From NCBI GenBank assembly GCA_050633305.1, contig JBOEGF010000039.1:1-39935 (forward strand): 39,935 nucleotides of DNA. The letters run 5' to 3'. A program made the translations under genes and the position numbers. The notes under the pieces are model-generated. The model was not told the origin of the DNA and did no database searches. It saw only the letters and a list, made by a program, of their open reading frames with translations. How positions within the stretch are numbered: the stretch's first letter is position 1; the number at the start of each line of letters is the position of its first letter. This document shows, in pieces, positions 19,002-27,462 of the stretch. The DNA is from Nannocystales bacterium. Its GTDB lineage: Bacteria > Myxococcota_A > Polyangia > Nannocystales > Nannocystaceae.

Positions 19002-21953
19002 ATGCCAAGACGAAGCATCTTCCTTCGCGGTCTCTTCCTGCTCCTCCCCGTGGCCTGCAATGCAGAGCCGCTCGACCCGTTTGAGACGCTCGATCCCGGC
19101 CCCCTGTCGTTTCGCGCCGCGGCCGACGTCCTCCAGGTCATTCCAGAGCTCGACATCGACGGGGTGCGCTCGACCCCGGTCGAGCCCTACGTCCGTAAGC
19201 AGGCCGCGGGGGCGATGATCGCCAGCGATTTGCTGTTACGGCCAGGCGCGACCGAGAACGGGTTGGAACTCAATCGCGTCTCGCTGATGTTCACCGGCAG
19301 TGTGTCCGTCCCCAACATTGTCCTCAACCGCGACGACATCGGGGTCTTGCTGCGCGAGCGAGGCAGCGCATTCCATGCCTTGGGGACGAACCGGCACCCT
19401 CCCGCGGACGGCGGCCCGCCCATCGCTGTTCTCACCCACGGACTGAGGGTGAGCGGCGGAATGTATGGCATCGGGCGGGGCGCTGATCCGGACGCGGCAG
19501 GGTACCTCGTCTGGTCGAATTGGCTCGGCAGTTACCGCGACTCCACGTTCTTGTATCCCAACGCGGACTACGATGAGGGCAGCACGCGGGCGATCATTCG
19601 GCGGACGGGTAGCCCGGACAAGGAGGTCTTCGTCGCGGGCGTTGTCGAAACGAACGGCACGGTCAGCTCTGTGTTGCACCGGTTTCGGGTCAACGCCGAC
19701 GACGAACTCGAGCAGGTGGACTGGCCGATCCTCAATGCCGACCCTCGGCCGAAGATCGACTTCGCGCTCGAGGCTTGTGTCGCCACTGAGGTGTCCCATC
19801 TGGCCTGGGACGAAACACAGCAGAAACTGTATGCCGCGGGAGTCAAACGATGTGGGAGCGAGCGTGTTGCGTTCGTGGCTCGCTTCATGGAGGACGGCAC
19901 ACTGGACGGCGGCTACGGGGTCAATGGCATCGCGGAGCTTGCGGGCCCAGGCGGAGTCACCGCGGACCCCGGCGGACTCGTGCTCGATGAGGCGACCGAA
20001 ACAGCCTGGGTGGCGCTGGGCGTGTCGGGTGCTTGCGAACCCGAACTGGTCGGCGCCTGCGACACCGCCGTCGTCAAGCTCGACGCAGGCGGGGCTGTCG
20101 ACGCCACATGGGGCCTGGGGGCCGCCACGCTTCAGCCGGGCTGGGTCAAGGTCGACGACCCTACGGTCGAGCGGGCAGCGCCAACCGGAGTCCATCGCGA
20201 CGCTGCGACCGGCGCCGTGACGGTGGTCGGGTGGGCGGATCGGGGGGTCTCGACCGACTTCATGGCCGCGCGCTTCGACGGAACCGGACTCCCCGACCCC
20301 GACTTCGGACCCGACGCGACCGACAACCTGCTGTTTGCCATGCCGACGCCGGGCGACGACCTTCGGACTGCAGGGCTGTCTCCGAGCGGTGTTCCGCACT
20401 TCGTCGCCGAACGTGAGGCCGATGACGGGCGAACGCGGCTGGTCGTGCAACGTCACATCGCAGACGGCAGCATCGTCGAGACCTCCACCTCACTCGCACA
20501 GGAAGGGATGAGGGTCGGGAGTCCGTTCTTCAACGAGGAGGCGCTGCTTGTCCCCGGGGGCGTGGAGGGCTTGGCCCGCGGACCTGCTCACTCCGGGCCG
20601 AGTCCGATCGGAGCGGCATTCACCCGCTTCCGAGCGGACGACTTCTTGCTTGACTGGGGAGGGGTGCTCGAGGACGGGACGCTGCAACAGGTCGCGTGGC
20701 CCGACGCTCCCGACCTGCCGAGCCCCTGGCCGTCAGAACTCCGGGTGAGTGTGGGCTTCTCCAACAGTCGGAGCACGCTGGACCAGACCGTGGCGTTGGT
20801 CGAGCCGCCGGCCAGCTACGTCTTCCCGCTCAACCACGAGGAGCTGGTCGCGCCTGGATGGCACCCGCAGATCGACTCCGGGGCCCATCACAACTTCCGA
20901 GCCCATCACCGAGGCTCGACTGCGCAAGTCTACGCTCTGGACATGGGGGCGCAGCGGTGGAGACCTTCCCGCAACGCCTCCTACCACGCTCTGGCTTGCC
21001 CCGAAGCACTGGAGGCCGACCCGGAGAACCCCAATCCGCTCGCTTGCTCCGGGTCTTGGAGTGCGCTGTCGAACCTCGAGGTGGTTTGCCCGCCGGAGAC
21101 GTTCGACGGCGACAAAGCGCGTTGCAATGAGCGTGAAGCCGAGTGGGGCATGCCCGTGCGTGCCATGGCGGATGGGGTGGTCATCGGCTGCTGGAAGAAC
21201 GCGGACGAGAACGTGCGCACTGGTGACAAGTCCACGTTCTTCGAGCAGGACATGCCTGGGGGCGGCAACATCGTGTACGTCTTGCACGAGGACAACACGA
21301 TCGGCTTGTACGCACACATGATCCCCCCCAGCTACGACATCGACCCGTCGATGTTCTTGCCGCGGTCTTGGAATTCCTTGTCCTCGTCGGAGAAGCAGGG
21401 GGTGAAGCAACGAACCGTCGAGCGGGCCGAGGCCGACCCCAACGATGACTTGGATCCCAACAACCTCGAACAGGGGGACTTCGAAGACCAGCAGGTGTTG
21501 GACGTTGAGCGAGAGTTGGATCGGCTCCGCGAGACGATCGACGCCTTGGACGCCGTCTGCGTCGTCGAGCAGACCGAGTACGACGCGGAGACCTGTCACT
21601 GGCCCTTCGACCCGGTTGGCAATGGCATGGTCTCCGCGCCCGCGATCTCAGTCGAGGCGGGGCAGGTGCTCGGGGCTCTGGGGAACTCGGGTAACTCCAG
21701 CGGGCCACACGTGCACGTGCACGTGCAGCAGGGGTTTACGGACAACGATTGCGGAATCCTGCCTCCCGAGGTCCCCACGGACTATCAGATCGGCATGCCC
21801 ATGCCGTTCACGGTCCTCAATCGCTTGGACGATACCCCTTGGGGTCCCTCGCTGTGGGACGTGTCGTGGGGGGATGAGGCCGTGCCGCCACCGGTCACGG
21901 ACGAGGACGGTGCCGTCTCGCACGGCATTCGTCTGCGCTGGCACGAAGGCTGA
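19002..21953 (+). CDS. Lipoprotein with delta-60-like repeats and C-terminal M23 metallopeptidase domain
   Basis: Lipobox LPVAC; repeats ARFMEDGTLDGGYG / KLDAGGAVDATWG / ARFDGTGLPDPDFG; M23 motifs YALD, PVRAMADGVV, GNIVYVLH..YAHM, GQVLGALGNSGNSSGPHVH. Confidence 0.8.
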   Translation: MPRRSIFLRGLFLLLPVACNAEPLDPFETLDPGPLSFRAAADVLQVIPELDIDGVRSTPVEPYVRKQAAGAMIASDLLLRPGATENGLELNRVSLMFTGSVSVPNIVLNRDDIGVLLRERGSAFHALGTNRHPPADGGPPIAVLTHGLRVSGGMYGIGRGADPDAAGYLVWSNWLGSYRDSTFLYPNADYDEGSTRAIIRRTGSPDKEVFVAGVVETNGTVSSVLHRFRVNADDELEQVDWPILNADPRPKIDFALEACVATEVSHLAWDETQQKLYAAGVKRCGSERVAFVARFMEDGTLDGGYGVNGIAELAGPGGVTADPGGLVLDEATETAWVALGVSGACEPELVGACDTAVVKLDAGGAVDATWGLGAATLQPGWVKVDDPTVERAAPTGVHRDAATGAVTVVGWADRGVSTDFMAARFDGTGLPDPDFGPDATDNLLFAMPTPGDDLRTAGLSPSGVPHFVAEREADDGRTRLVVQRHIADGSIVETSTSLAQEGMRVGSPFFNEEALLVPGGVEGLARGPAHSGPSPIGAAFTRFRADDFLLDWGGVLEDGTLQQVAWPDAPDLPSPWPSELRVSVGFSNSRSTLDQTVALVEPPASYVFPLNHEELVAPGWHPQIDSGAHHNFRAHHRGSTAQVYALDMGAQRWRPSRNASYHALACPEALEADPENPNPLACSGSWSALSNLEVVCPPETFDGDKARCNEREAEWGMPVRAMADGVVIGCWKNADENVRTGDKSTFFEQDMPGGGNIVYVLHEDNTIGLYAHMIPPSYDIDPSMFLPRSWNSLSSSEKQGVKQRTVERAEADPNDDLDPNNLEQGDFEDQQVLDVERELDRLRETIDALDAVCVVEQTEYDAETCHWPFDPVGNGMVSAPAISVEAGQVLGALGNSGNSSGPHVHVHVQQGFTDNDCGILPPEVPTDYQIGMPMPFTVLNRLDDTPWGPSLWDVSWGDEAVPPPVTDEDGAVSHGIRLRWHEG

Positions 21954-21969
21954 GTGGCGTTACGCTCGC

Positions 21970-22848
21970 TCAGTCGTCGCACGCGTAGTTCACGGTGATG
22001 CCCATGCCGGAGGGCAACGTGGACGGGGCGGGCGGGTGGAGTTCCGCTTCGACCACCAACACGCCCGCGCGTGCATCCACCTCTGAGGCGAGGGCCGTGA
22101 CGCGGGCACGACCCTGTGCTCCGCCGTCAGGGGTGGTCCACGACACGGAGGCGCCCGCACGTACTGCATCGTGCTGCGACTCGGGGATGGCGAAGCGGAT
22201 GTGGTCGCGGGAAGGCGCCACGAGGCGAAGCACAGGACTGCCGGACGAGACATGTGCCCCGGCGTCTACGAACACGTCCGCGATGGTGGCCTCGAAAGGA
22301 GCCCGGATTGTGAGGGCGTCTTGGCGGGCTCGGCTGCCTCGCGCCGCGGCCTCTCGCTCTCGAACGCGGGCCGTCGAGGCTCGGAGCTCTTGGAGGGAGA
22401 GCGCACGGGCGTGGTTCACGTCACGGCGTTCGCTCTCGCCGGCAAACTCCCCGAGGCGGTTGACCTCGGATATTCGGTCCTCGGCAAGGGCTGCGCGCTG
22501 CTTCGCCGCGCCACGTTCAGCCCGCGTGACCTGTAGGCTCGCGGTCACTCCGCGGACGGCGGCATCCAACGAAGGGCTGGAAAACGTCGCCACGACGTCG
22601 CCCGCGTCGACCCGAGCTCCGCGCGGAAGCGGACGCTCGATCACTCCGGACTCCGCGGCGCTCAGGACGACGGTCTGGCTCGACTGGAGAATGCCAGGAG
22701 CCTCGCACGTGGTCGGCGTCTCGGGCAACGGTGCGGCCGGAGCCGATGAGACCGTGGACTGGGCGGAGGGGGCCTCGGGTGGGGGAGCGGAGAGCTCACA
22801 AGCCAGCAGGAGAGTTGTTGCCCCCAGGAACCAGCGGCGCGTCAACAT
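21970..22848 (-). CDS. Periplasmic adaptor (membrane fusion protein), lipoprotein
   Basis: LSAAESGVI..GARVDAGDVV, coiled coil, TIRAPFEATI..GAHVSSGSPVL, GMGITV; signal MLTRRWFLG..LLLAC. Confidence 0.85.
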   Translation of the reverse strand: MLTRRWFLGATTLLLACELSAPPPEAPSAQSTVSSAPAAPLPETPTTCEAPGILQSSQTVVLSAAESGVIERPLPRGARVDAGDVVATFSSPSLDAAVRGVTASLQVTRAERGAAKQRAALAEDRISEVNRLGEFAGESERRDVNHARALSLQELRASTARVREREAAARGSRARQDALTIRAPFEATIADVFVDAGAHVSSGSPVLRLVAPSRDHIRFAIPESQHDAVRAGASVSWTTPDGGAQGRARVTALASEVDARAGVLVVEAELHPPAPSTLPSGMGITVNYACDD

Positions 22849-25040
22849 GCGAGCTCCTGGCGTTGTGCCGCATGCTCGTGTTGCGCGGCCCACAACGCCG
22901 TGTACGTGGAGCCGGCCGCGAGGAGTTCGTCGTGGGTCCCCCGCTCGATGATACGTCCGTTTTCCATCACCACGATGCAGTCGGCATTGGCGATTGTGCT
23001 GAGGCGGTGGGCAATCACGACACGTGTGCAGTCCAGCGTTTCGAGGGCCTGCTGGATCTTTCGCTCGGCGCGGGTGTCGAGCGCCGAGGTTGCTTCGTCG
23101 AGCACGAGAATGCGAGGGCGCCCCACGACCGCACGAGCGATCGCAACCCGCTGACGTTGCCCGCCCGAGAGTGACGATCCGCCTTCGGCGACAGGGGTGT
23201 CGTAGCCCATCGGGAGCCCGGCGATGTCGTCGTCGATCTGGGCCAGACGGGCGGCCCAGAGCATCGTGTCCTCGCTGGTGCCCGGAGCGCCCATGATGAT
23301 GTTGTTGCGCATGGTCCCCGCGAACAGCCGTGGGTCTTGGCCCACGAATCCAAGTTGTTGTCGTAGGTCCACCTTGTCGAGTTGTTCGACATCAACGCCG
23401 TCGATTCGGACCATGCCTGAGCGAGGCGTGTACAACCCGAGCAAGCACTGGGCGAGCGTGCTCTTGCCACAGCCGGATGGGCCGACGATCGCCACGCTGG
23501 TCCCGGGTTCGATATCGAGGTCGACGCCTGCCAGCACCGTGCTCGCGCCGTCGTAGCCGAACTGAAGGTCGCGGACCTCGATGCGCCCCTGAACGGCGAT
23601 GCGTCGGTACGCCCGCTGCGGATCTTGCTCGAGAGGATGCTCGTACACATCGTTGAGCCGTTCGGCCACGCTCTGCGCGCTCACCATCTCTTCGAGGGTT
23701 TCCAGCAACGAGGCCATGGGGGTGACGAAGCCAGGGATGAGGGCCGCCAGCGCGAAGAGGGTCCCGATCGACAGCGTGCCCGAGGCCGCGGAGACTCCGG
23801 CGATGCCCAGCAGAACCGCCGGGATTGCGAGCTGTGCGAGGTCTTGAAGCGCCGCCAGGTTCGCGTCGAACGTGTTGCTTCGCGCGTTCGCATTGAGCTG
23901 CTCGACCTGGGCCTCGGCCCACGTCGCCGCCATGGAACCTTCGCGGCCCATGCCCTTGAGGGTCCCCAGGCCCGAGACCAGCTCGATCTGCCGCGATTGG
24001 CAGGCAGCCTCCGCAAGCATTAACTCGGTCATCAGGTGTCGGCGGCGGCGAGCGCCGAGCACGACGGTGGCCGCGTGAAAGGACGCGATCGCCAGCGCTC
24101 CGACGCCCACGCCCACGTGCACACTGAGCAATGCCGCGAGAAACATGACGGCGACCGCGGCGTCGAGCATCGTCGAGAGGGCCGCCGCGGACAGGACGTT
24201 CCGGAGAACGCTCATGCTGTTGATCCGCTGTTGAAGGTCTCCGTTGCTGCGTGCTGCCGTGAACGCGAGCGGCAAGCGTACAAGGTGGTCGACGAACGAC
24301 ACCCGCAGCCGAGCGTCCATACGTACAGTCAGCCCGATGAGGACGCGACTGCGCACGAAGCGAGTTACCGCGCGACAGCACGCGAGAACCGCGAGCGCGA
24401 TGACCAGTGTGATCAGAGCCTGTGCGTCGCCCCTGGGGATGAAGTCCTCGACGGCCAAAGCCATGGCCAACGGGGCGCCAAACCCCAGGAGCTGTCCGAA
24501 AAGCGAAAGGGCGATCGCGCTCGTGACTGGGCCACGGAACTCCGTGATCAGGCGCAAGTAACGACGCAACGGGTTCTCGTGACGTTCGGTCGACGGGGCA
24601 AACGATTCGTCGGGCTCAAACTGGATGGCGATGCCCGTCAGCGACCGTCCAAGGTCACCGCGACTCACCTGGCGGACGCCCGAGGCTGGGTCGAGAATGT
24701 GGGTCTTCCGCCTCCCGTGACGGGCGAGGACGACGTAGTGGTCGAACTCCCAGTGGAGAATCGCGCCGGGATCGAGGTGGTCCAGTTGGTGGGGTTCGAC
24801 GCGGAAGACGCGACCGACCAGGCCGTGGTGGCGGGCGACCTCGAGAAGTCGGCTTGCTTCGACGCCTTGCGTCACGTTGCCGAAGTCCCGGCGCAGCGTG
24901 TCGAGGGAGACGCGCTTTCCGAAGGCGCCAAGAACCATCGCCAAACACGCCGGGGCGCATTCGACCGGCGTCATCTGTTGAACGAACTGCAGCCGATTGC
25001 GCCGGGATCCGAGGTGCGCCAGTGGTTGCTCGACGCTCAT
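22842..25040 (-). CDS. Peptidase-containing ABC transporter (C39 PCAT; bacteriocin/RiPP exporter)
   Basis: C39: QQMTPVECAPACLAMV, HWEFDHYVV, ILDPASG; TM domain; GPSGCGKST, LSGGQRQR, ILVLDEATS, IAHRLST. Confidence 0.96.
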   Translation of the reverse strand: MSVEQPLAHLGSRRNRLQFVQQMTPVECAPACLAMVLGAFGKRVSLDTLRRDFGNVTQGVEASRLLEVARHHGLVGRVFRVEPHQLDHLDPGAILHWEFDHYVVLARHGRRKTHILDPASGVRQVSRGDLGRSLTGIAIQFEPDESFAPSTERHENPLRRYLRLITEFRGPVTSAIALSLFGQLLGFGAPLAMALAVEDFIPRGDAQALITLVIALAVLACCRAVTRFVRSRVLIGLTVRMDARLRVSFVDHLVRLPLAFTAARSNGDLQQRINSMSVLRNVLSAAALSTMLDAAVAVMFLAALLSVHVGVGVGALAIASFHAATVVLGARRRRHLMTELMLAEAACQSRQIELVSGLGTLKGMGREGSMAATWAEAQVEQLNANARSNTFDANLAALQDLAQLAIPAVLLGIAGVSAASGTLSIGTLFALAALIPGFVTPMASLLETLEEMVSAQSVAERLNDVYEHPLEQDPQRAYRRIAVQGRIEVRDLQFGYDGASTVLAGVDLDIEPGTSVAIVGPSGCGKSTLAQCLLGLYTPRSGMVRIDGVDVEQLDKVDLRQQLGFVGQDPRLFAGTMRNNIIMGAPGTSEDTMLWAARLAQIDDDIAGLPMGYDTPVAEGGSSLSGGQRQRVAIARAVVGRPRILVLDEATSALDTRAERKIQQALETLDCTRVVIAHRLSTIANADCIVVMENGRIIERGTHDELLAAGSTYTALWAAQHEHAAQRQELAC

Positions 25041-25963
25041 CGGCTCTCCTCGTGCAGCAGGCGCTCGAGCAGCGAGCGCTCGTGCACCATGACTTCGACC
25101 CTCGCAGTCATCCCGTCGAAAAGCTGTAGGGGGCGGCCGCGGTTGTCGTGAACCACGGTGTCGGTCGGCGCCCCGAGTGCGATGCTTCCATGCTCATCGC
25201 CTGTGACGCGCGCGTCCGCCAATGCTTCGACTTCGCGGGGGCTCAAAGAACCATTGGAGATGTGCTCGGCCCGAAGTCGAACTTTCGCGTCGGGGTAGCG
25301 GTCGAAGGTCAACAGGAGGGGGGCGTCGGGGCTGAGCTTGGGTCGTGCGTTGCCGGGGAGAAACGCGACGACCCGGGCCGACTGGGTCTCGGCCGCCAGC
25401 GTGCAGACGACCTGGCCTGCTTCGATCGCTTGTCCAGCTCCGACTCGGACGGCTTGCACGTGCCCAGCGGAGGGAGCCCGGACTTCGGTCGACGCCAGTG
25501 TCGCGCGGGCCCGGGCCAGCGCATGGACGTGTTGGCCCACGCGTTCCCGCGCGGCGAGGTCGGCCGGCGCACGGAGCATCGCCCGGACCGCATCGCCGTA
25601 CTCGGCGCGTGCCCGGGCGTGCGCGTGCTGTGCCGTCGTGGCTTCGGTGCGTGCCAACAACTCTCCTTTTTCCACCCACTGTCCGGGCCGGACGAAGACG
25701 GACTCGATCGCCCCGCCGCTCGATGCCCGAGCGAATGCGACGCCGTCGAACCGAATGAGTGCGCGACCGGAGACGTACTCGGGGCTGGATACCCAGGCCG
25801 CGGCGGCCACCAACAGTGCAGACAGCAGGCCCAGGGTCGCCACGATCGACACGGGACCCGGACGGGTCGGGGCCAGCGGTCGCCCGGGGATTCGCGGTGC
25901 TCGGTGGGCTGCCACGGCCTCAGCGCGGAAGATTCGGCCGAGTTCGTCCGGCGCAGACTTCAC
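25037..25963 (-). CDS. HlyD-family secretion adaptor
   Basis: IFRAEAV N-terminus, one TM, VRPGQWVEKGELL, EVRAPSAGHV, LFDGMTARVEV; 4-nt overlaps on both sides. Confidence 0.9.
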   Translation of the reverse strand: MKSAPDELGRIFRAEAVAAHRAPRIPGRPLAPTRPGPVSIVATLGLLSALLVAAAAWVSSPEYVSGRALIRFDGVAFARASSGGAIESVFVRPGQWVEKGELLARTEATTAQHAHARARAEYGDAVRAMLRAPADLAARERVGQHVHALARARATLASTEVRAPSAGHVQAVRVGAGQAIEAGQVVCTLAAETQSARVVAFLPGNARPKLSPDAPLLLTFDRYPDAKVRLRAEHISNGSLSPREVEALADARVTGDEHGSIALGAPTDTVVHDNRGRPLQLFDGMTARVEVMVHERSLLERLLHEESR

Positions 25964-27450
25964 GCACCCTCCGCCAGGTTTGAAGGGCCGGACCCGCTGA
26001 TCTCGCGATGCAAGACGATCTCTGCCTCACGGGTCGCCTCCAGGAGCGCGTCGACGTCGGTGATCTCATCGAGCTCGCGGAGGAGCTCGTTGACGAGCTT
26101 TGCGTCTGAGCCAAGCGTGTGAACGCGCCGGTCGGGCTCGGCCAGGAGTTGCGTGGCGATGAAGGCCGTCGACCACCGGGTGGGCTCGGGTGGCGCGAAT
26201 CGATCCGGAAGGCGGGTGAGTCCAAGGGCGGGTCCGTCGCCCACGTCGCCGTGGAAGACGACGTCGTATTCGTGCTCGACTGCCGCGCTGACTCGGGTGG
26301 GCGCGCCTCCACTTGCGACCAACACTTGTGTCACCCGCTCGCACAGAGCCTGACGGTTGTGGATCACGTGCGTACTCCCGCACTCGGACCGAAGTGCGTC
26401 GAGCAGACCCTCGAGAAACTGCACGACCTGCGCGTCGCGAGCCACGCGAAGCTTCCAGACCAACATCGCGTCGAGAGCCTGCAGCGCGGCACGCACGTGG
26501 TGCACGAAGTCAAACAACTCGATCCCGAGCAGCGTTCCATCGGATTCCTCAGGGCTCCGCGACAGCGTTGGCGTCGTGTGGTCGCAGAGCTTTCCTACGA
26601 AGGGCGTTCCGTGAATCAGCGGGACTTCGAGGTCGAGGAATCGGCCGTCGAGGGTGAAGTTGTTGAAGTACGAGCCCCAGTAGATGCCGAGCTCGAAGTG
26701 GCGCAGAAAGTTCCGGACGCCGCGGTCGATCGCGTCGCGGAGTTGTGCGATCACGGCATCAGGGGACAGCGCCGAGGCCAGCGGTAGCGCGGCCGATGGG
26801 GGCTGCGAATACATGGCGAGCCGGTACCCGAGGTCGGCGACCGCGGACGGGCTGGGGCGAATGAAGCTGAGCAGCCAAAGGATGTTCGACAGACGCGCGA
26901 AGTCCCCGGGTTTGACTGAGATCGCTTGTAGCGTGCGGTCGCATGCGGGGAACGGCCCGTCGCACGAGCGCTCGAAGTCCGCGACGCCGCGGGCAAGCTC
27001 GGTCGGCATTCTACGGAGTAGGAACCCTTCGCACTCGACAACGAGGTCGGCGGATCCGCGCGCTTGCATGAAGACGGTGGCGATACGTTCCCGCACGGCC
27101 GAGCTGGCGAACATATGCCCCGTTGCGTGGTACGTGTCGGCGGCCTCCGCCCAGTTGGCGGCCAGCGGCGTACGCCCCACACCCTTGAGATACTTGCCTT
27201 TGTAGAACCCCGCCCGGCCGGAACCGAGGCGCCGTCGAACGTTCATCTCGCCGTTGAGTTGCAGGTCAGCGTAGAGCACAGAGTCGCCGTCGAACGAAGG
27301 ATCTGGAACCCGAAACGCCCCGATCGCCGAGAGGTCGACGCAGACATCCAACGCTCGATGATCCGGCCGAAGCGCTGTGAATCCGCCGCGTTCGACGGGC
27401 ACAGGAACGGACCAGGCGCAGGATTGGTGTGCGTGTAGGCGAATCGTCAT
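25960..27450 (-). CDS. SelO/YdiU-like pseudokinase (MchC-like), putative RiPP adenylating enzyme
   Basis: LGSGRA, YLKGVGRTP, SSAVRE and GIYWGSYFNNFTLDGRFLDL align by eye with SelO LGDGR, LKGAGxTP, STIRE and [21 protein letters not shown]; GGAG RBS. Confidence 0.7.
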   Translation of the reverse strand: MTIRLHAHQSCAWSVPVPVERGGFTALRPDHRALDVCVDLSAIGAFRVPDPSFDGDSVLYADLQLNGEMNVRRRLGSGRAGFYKGKYLKGVGRTPLAANWAEAADTYHATGHMFASSAVRERIATVFMQARGSADLVVECEGFLLRRMPTELARGVADFERSCDGPFPACDRTLQAISVKPGDFARLSNILWLLSFIRPSPSAVADLGYRLAMYSQPPSAALPLASALSPDAVIAQLRDAIDRGVRNFLRHFELGIYWGSYFNNFTLDGRFLDLEVPLIHGTPFVGKLCDHTTPTLSRSPEESDGTLLGIELFDFVHHVRAALQALDAMLVWKLRVARDAQVVQFLEGLLDALRSECGSTHVIHNRQALCERVTQVLVASGGAPTRVSAAVEHEYDVVFHGDVGDGPALGLTRLPDRFAPPEPTRWSTAFIATQLLAEPDRRVHTLGSDAKLVNELLRELDEITDVDALLEATREAEIVLHREISGSGPSNLAEGA

Positions 27451-27462
27451 GGGGTGGCTCCG

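Noticed and set aside
21950..21973. Possible bidirectional terminator between converging genes
   Set aside because: Stem is short and bulged, with no U-tract
26340..26370. Extra GGATCACG half-sites (also near 675 and 5556) as further promoter copies
   Set aside because: They lack the ACTCT element at the 15-nt spacing and lie inside coding regions
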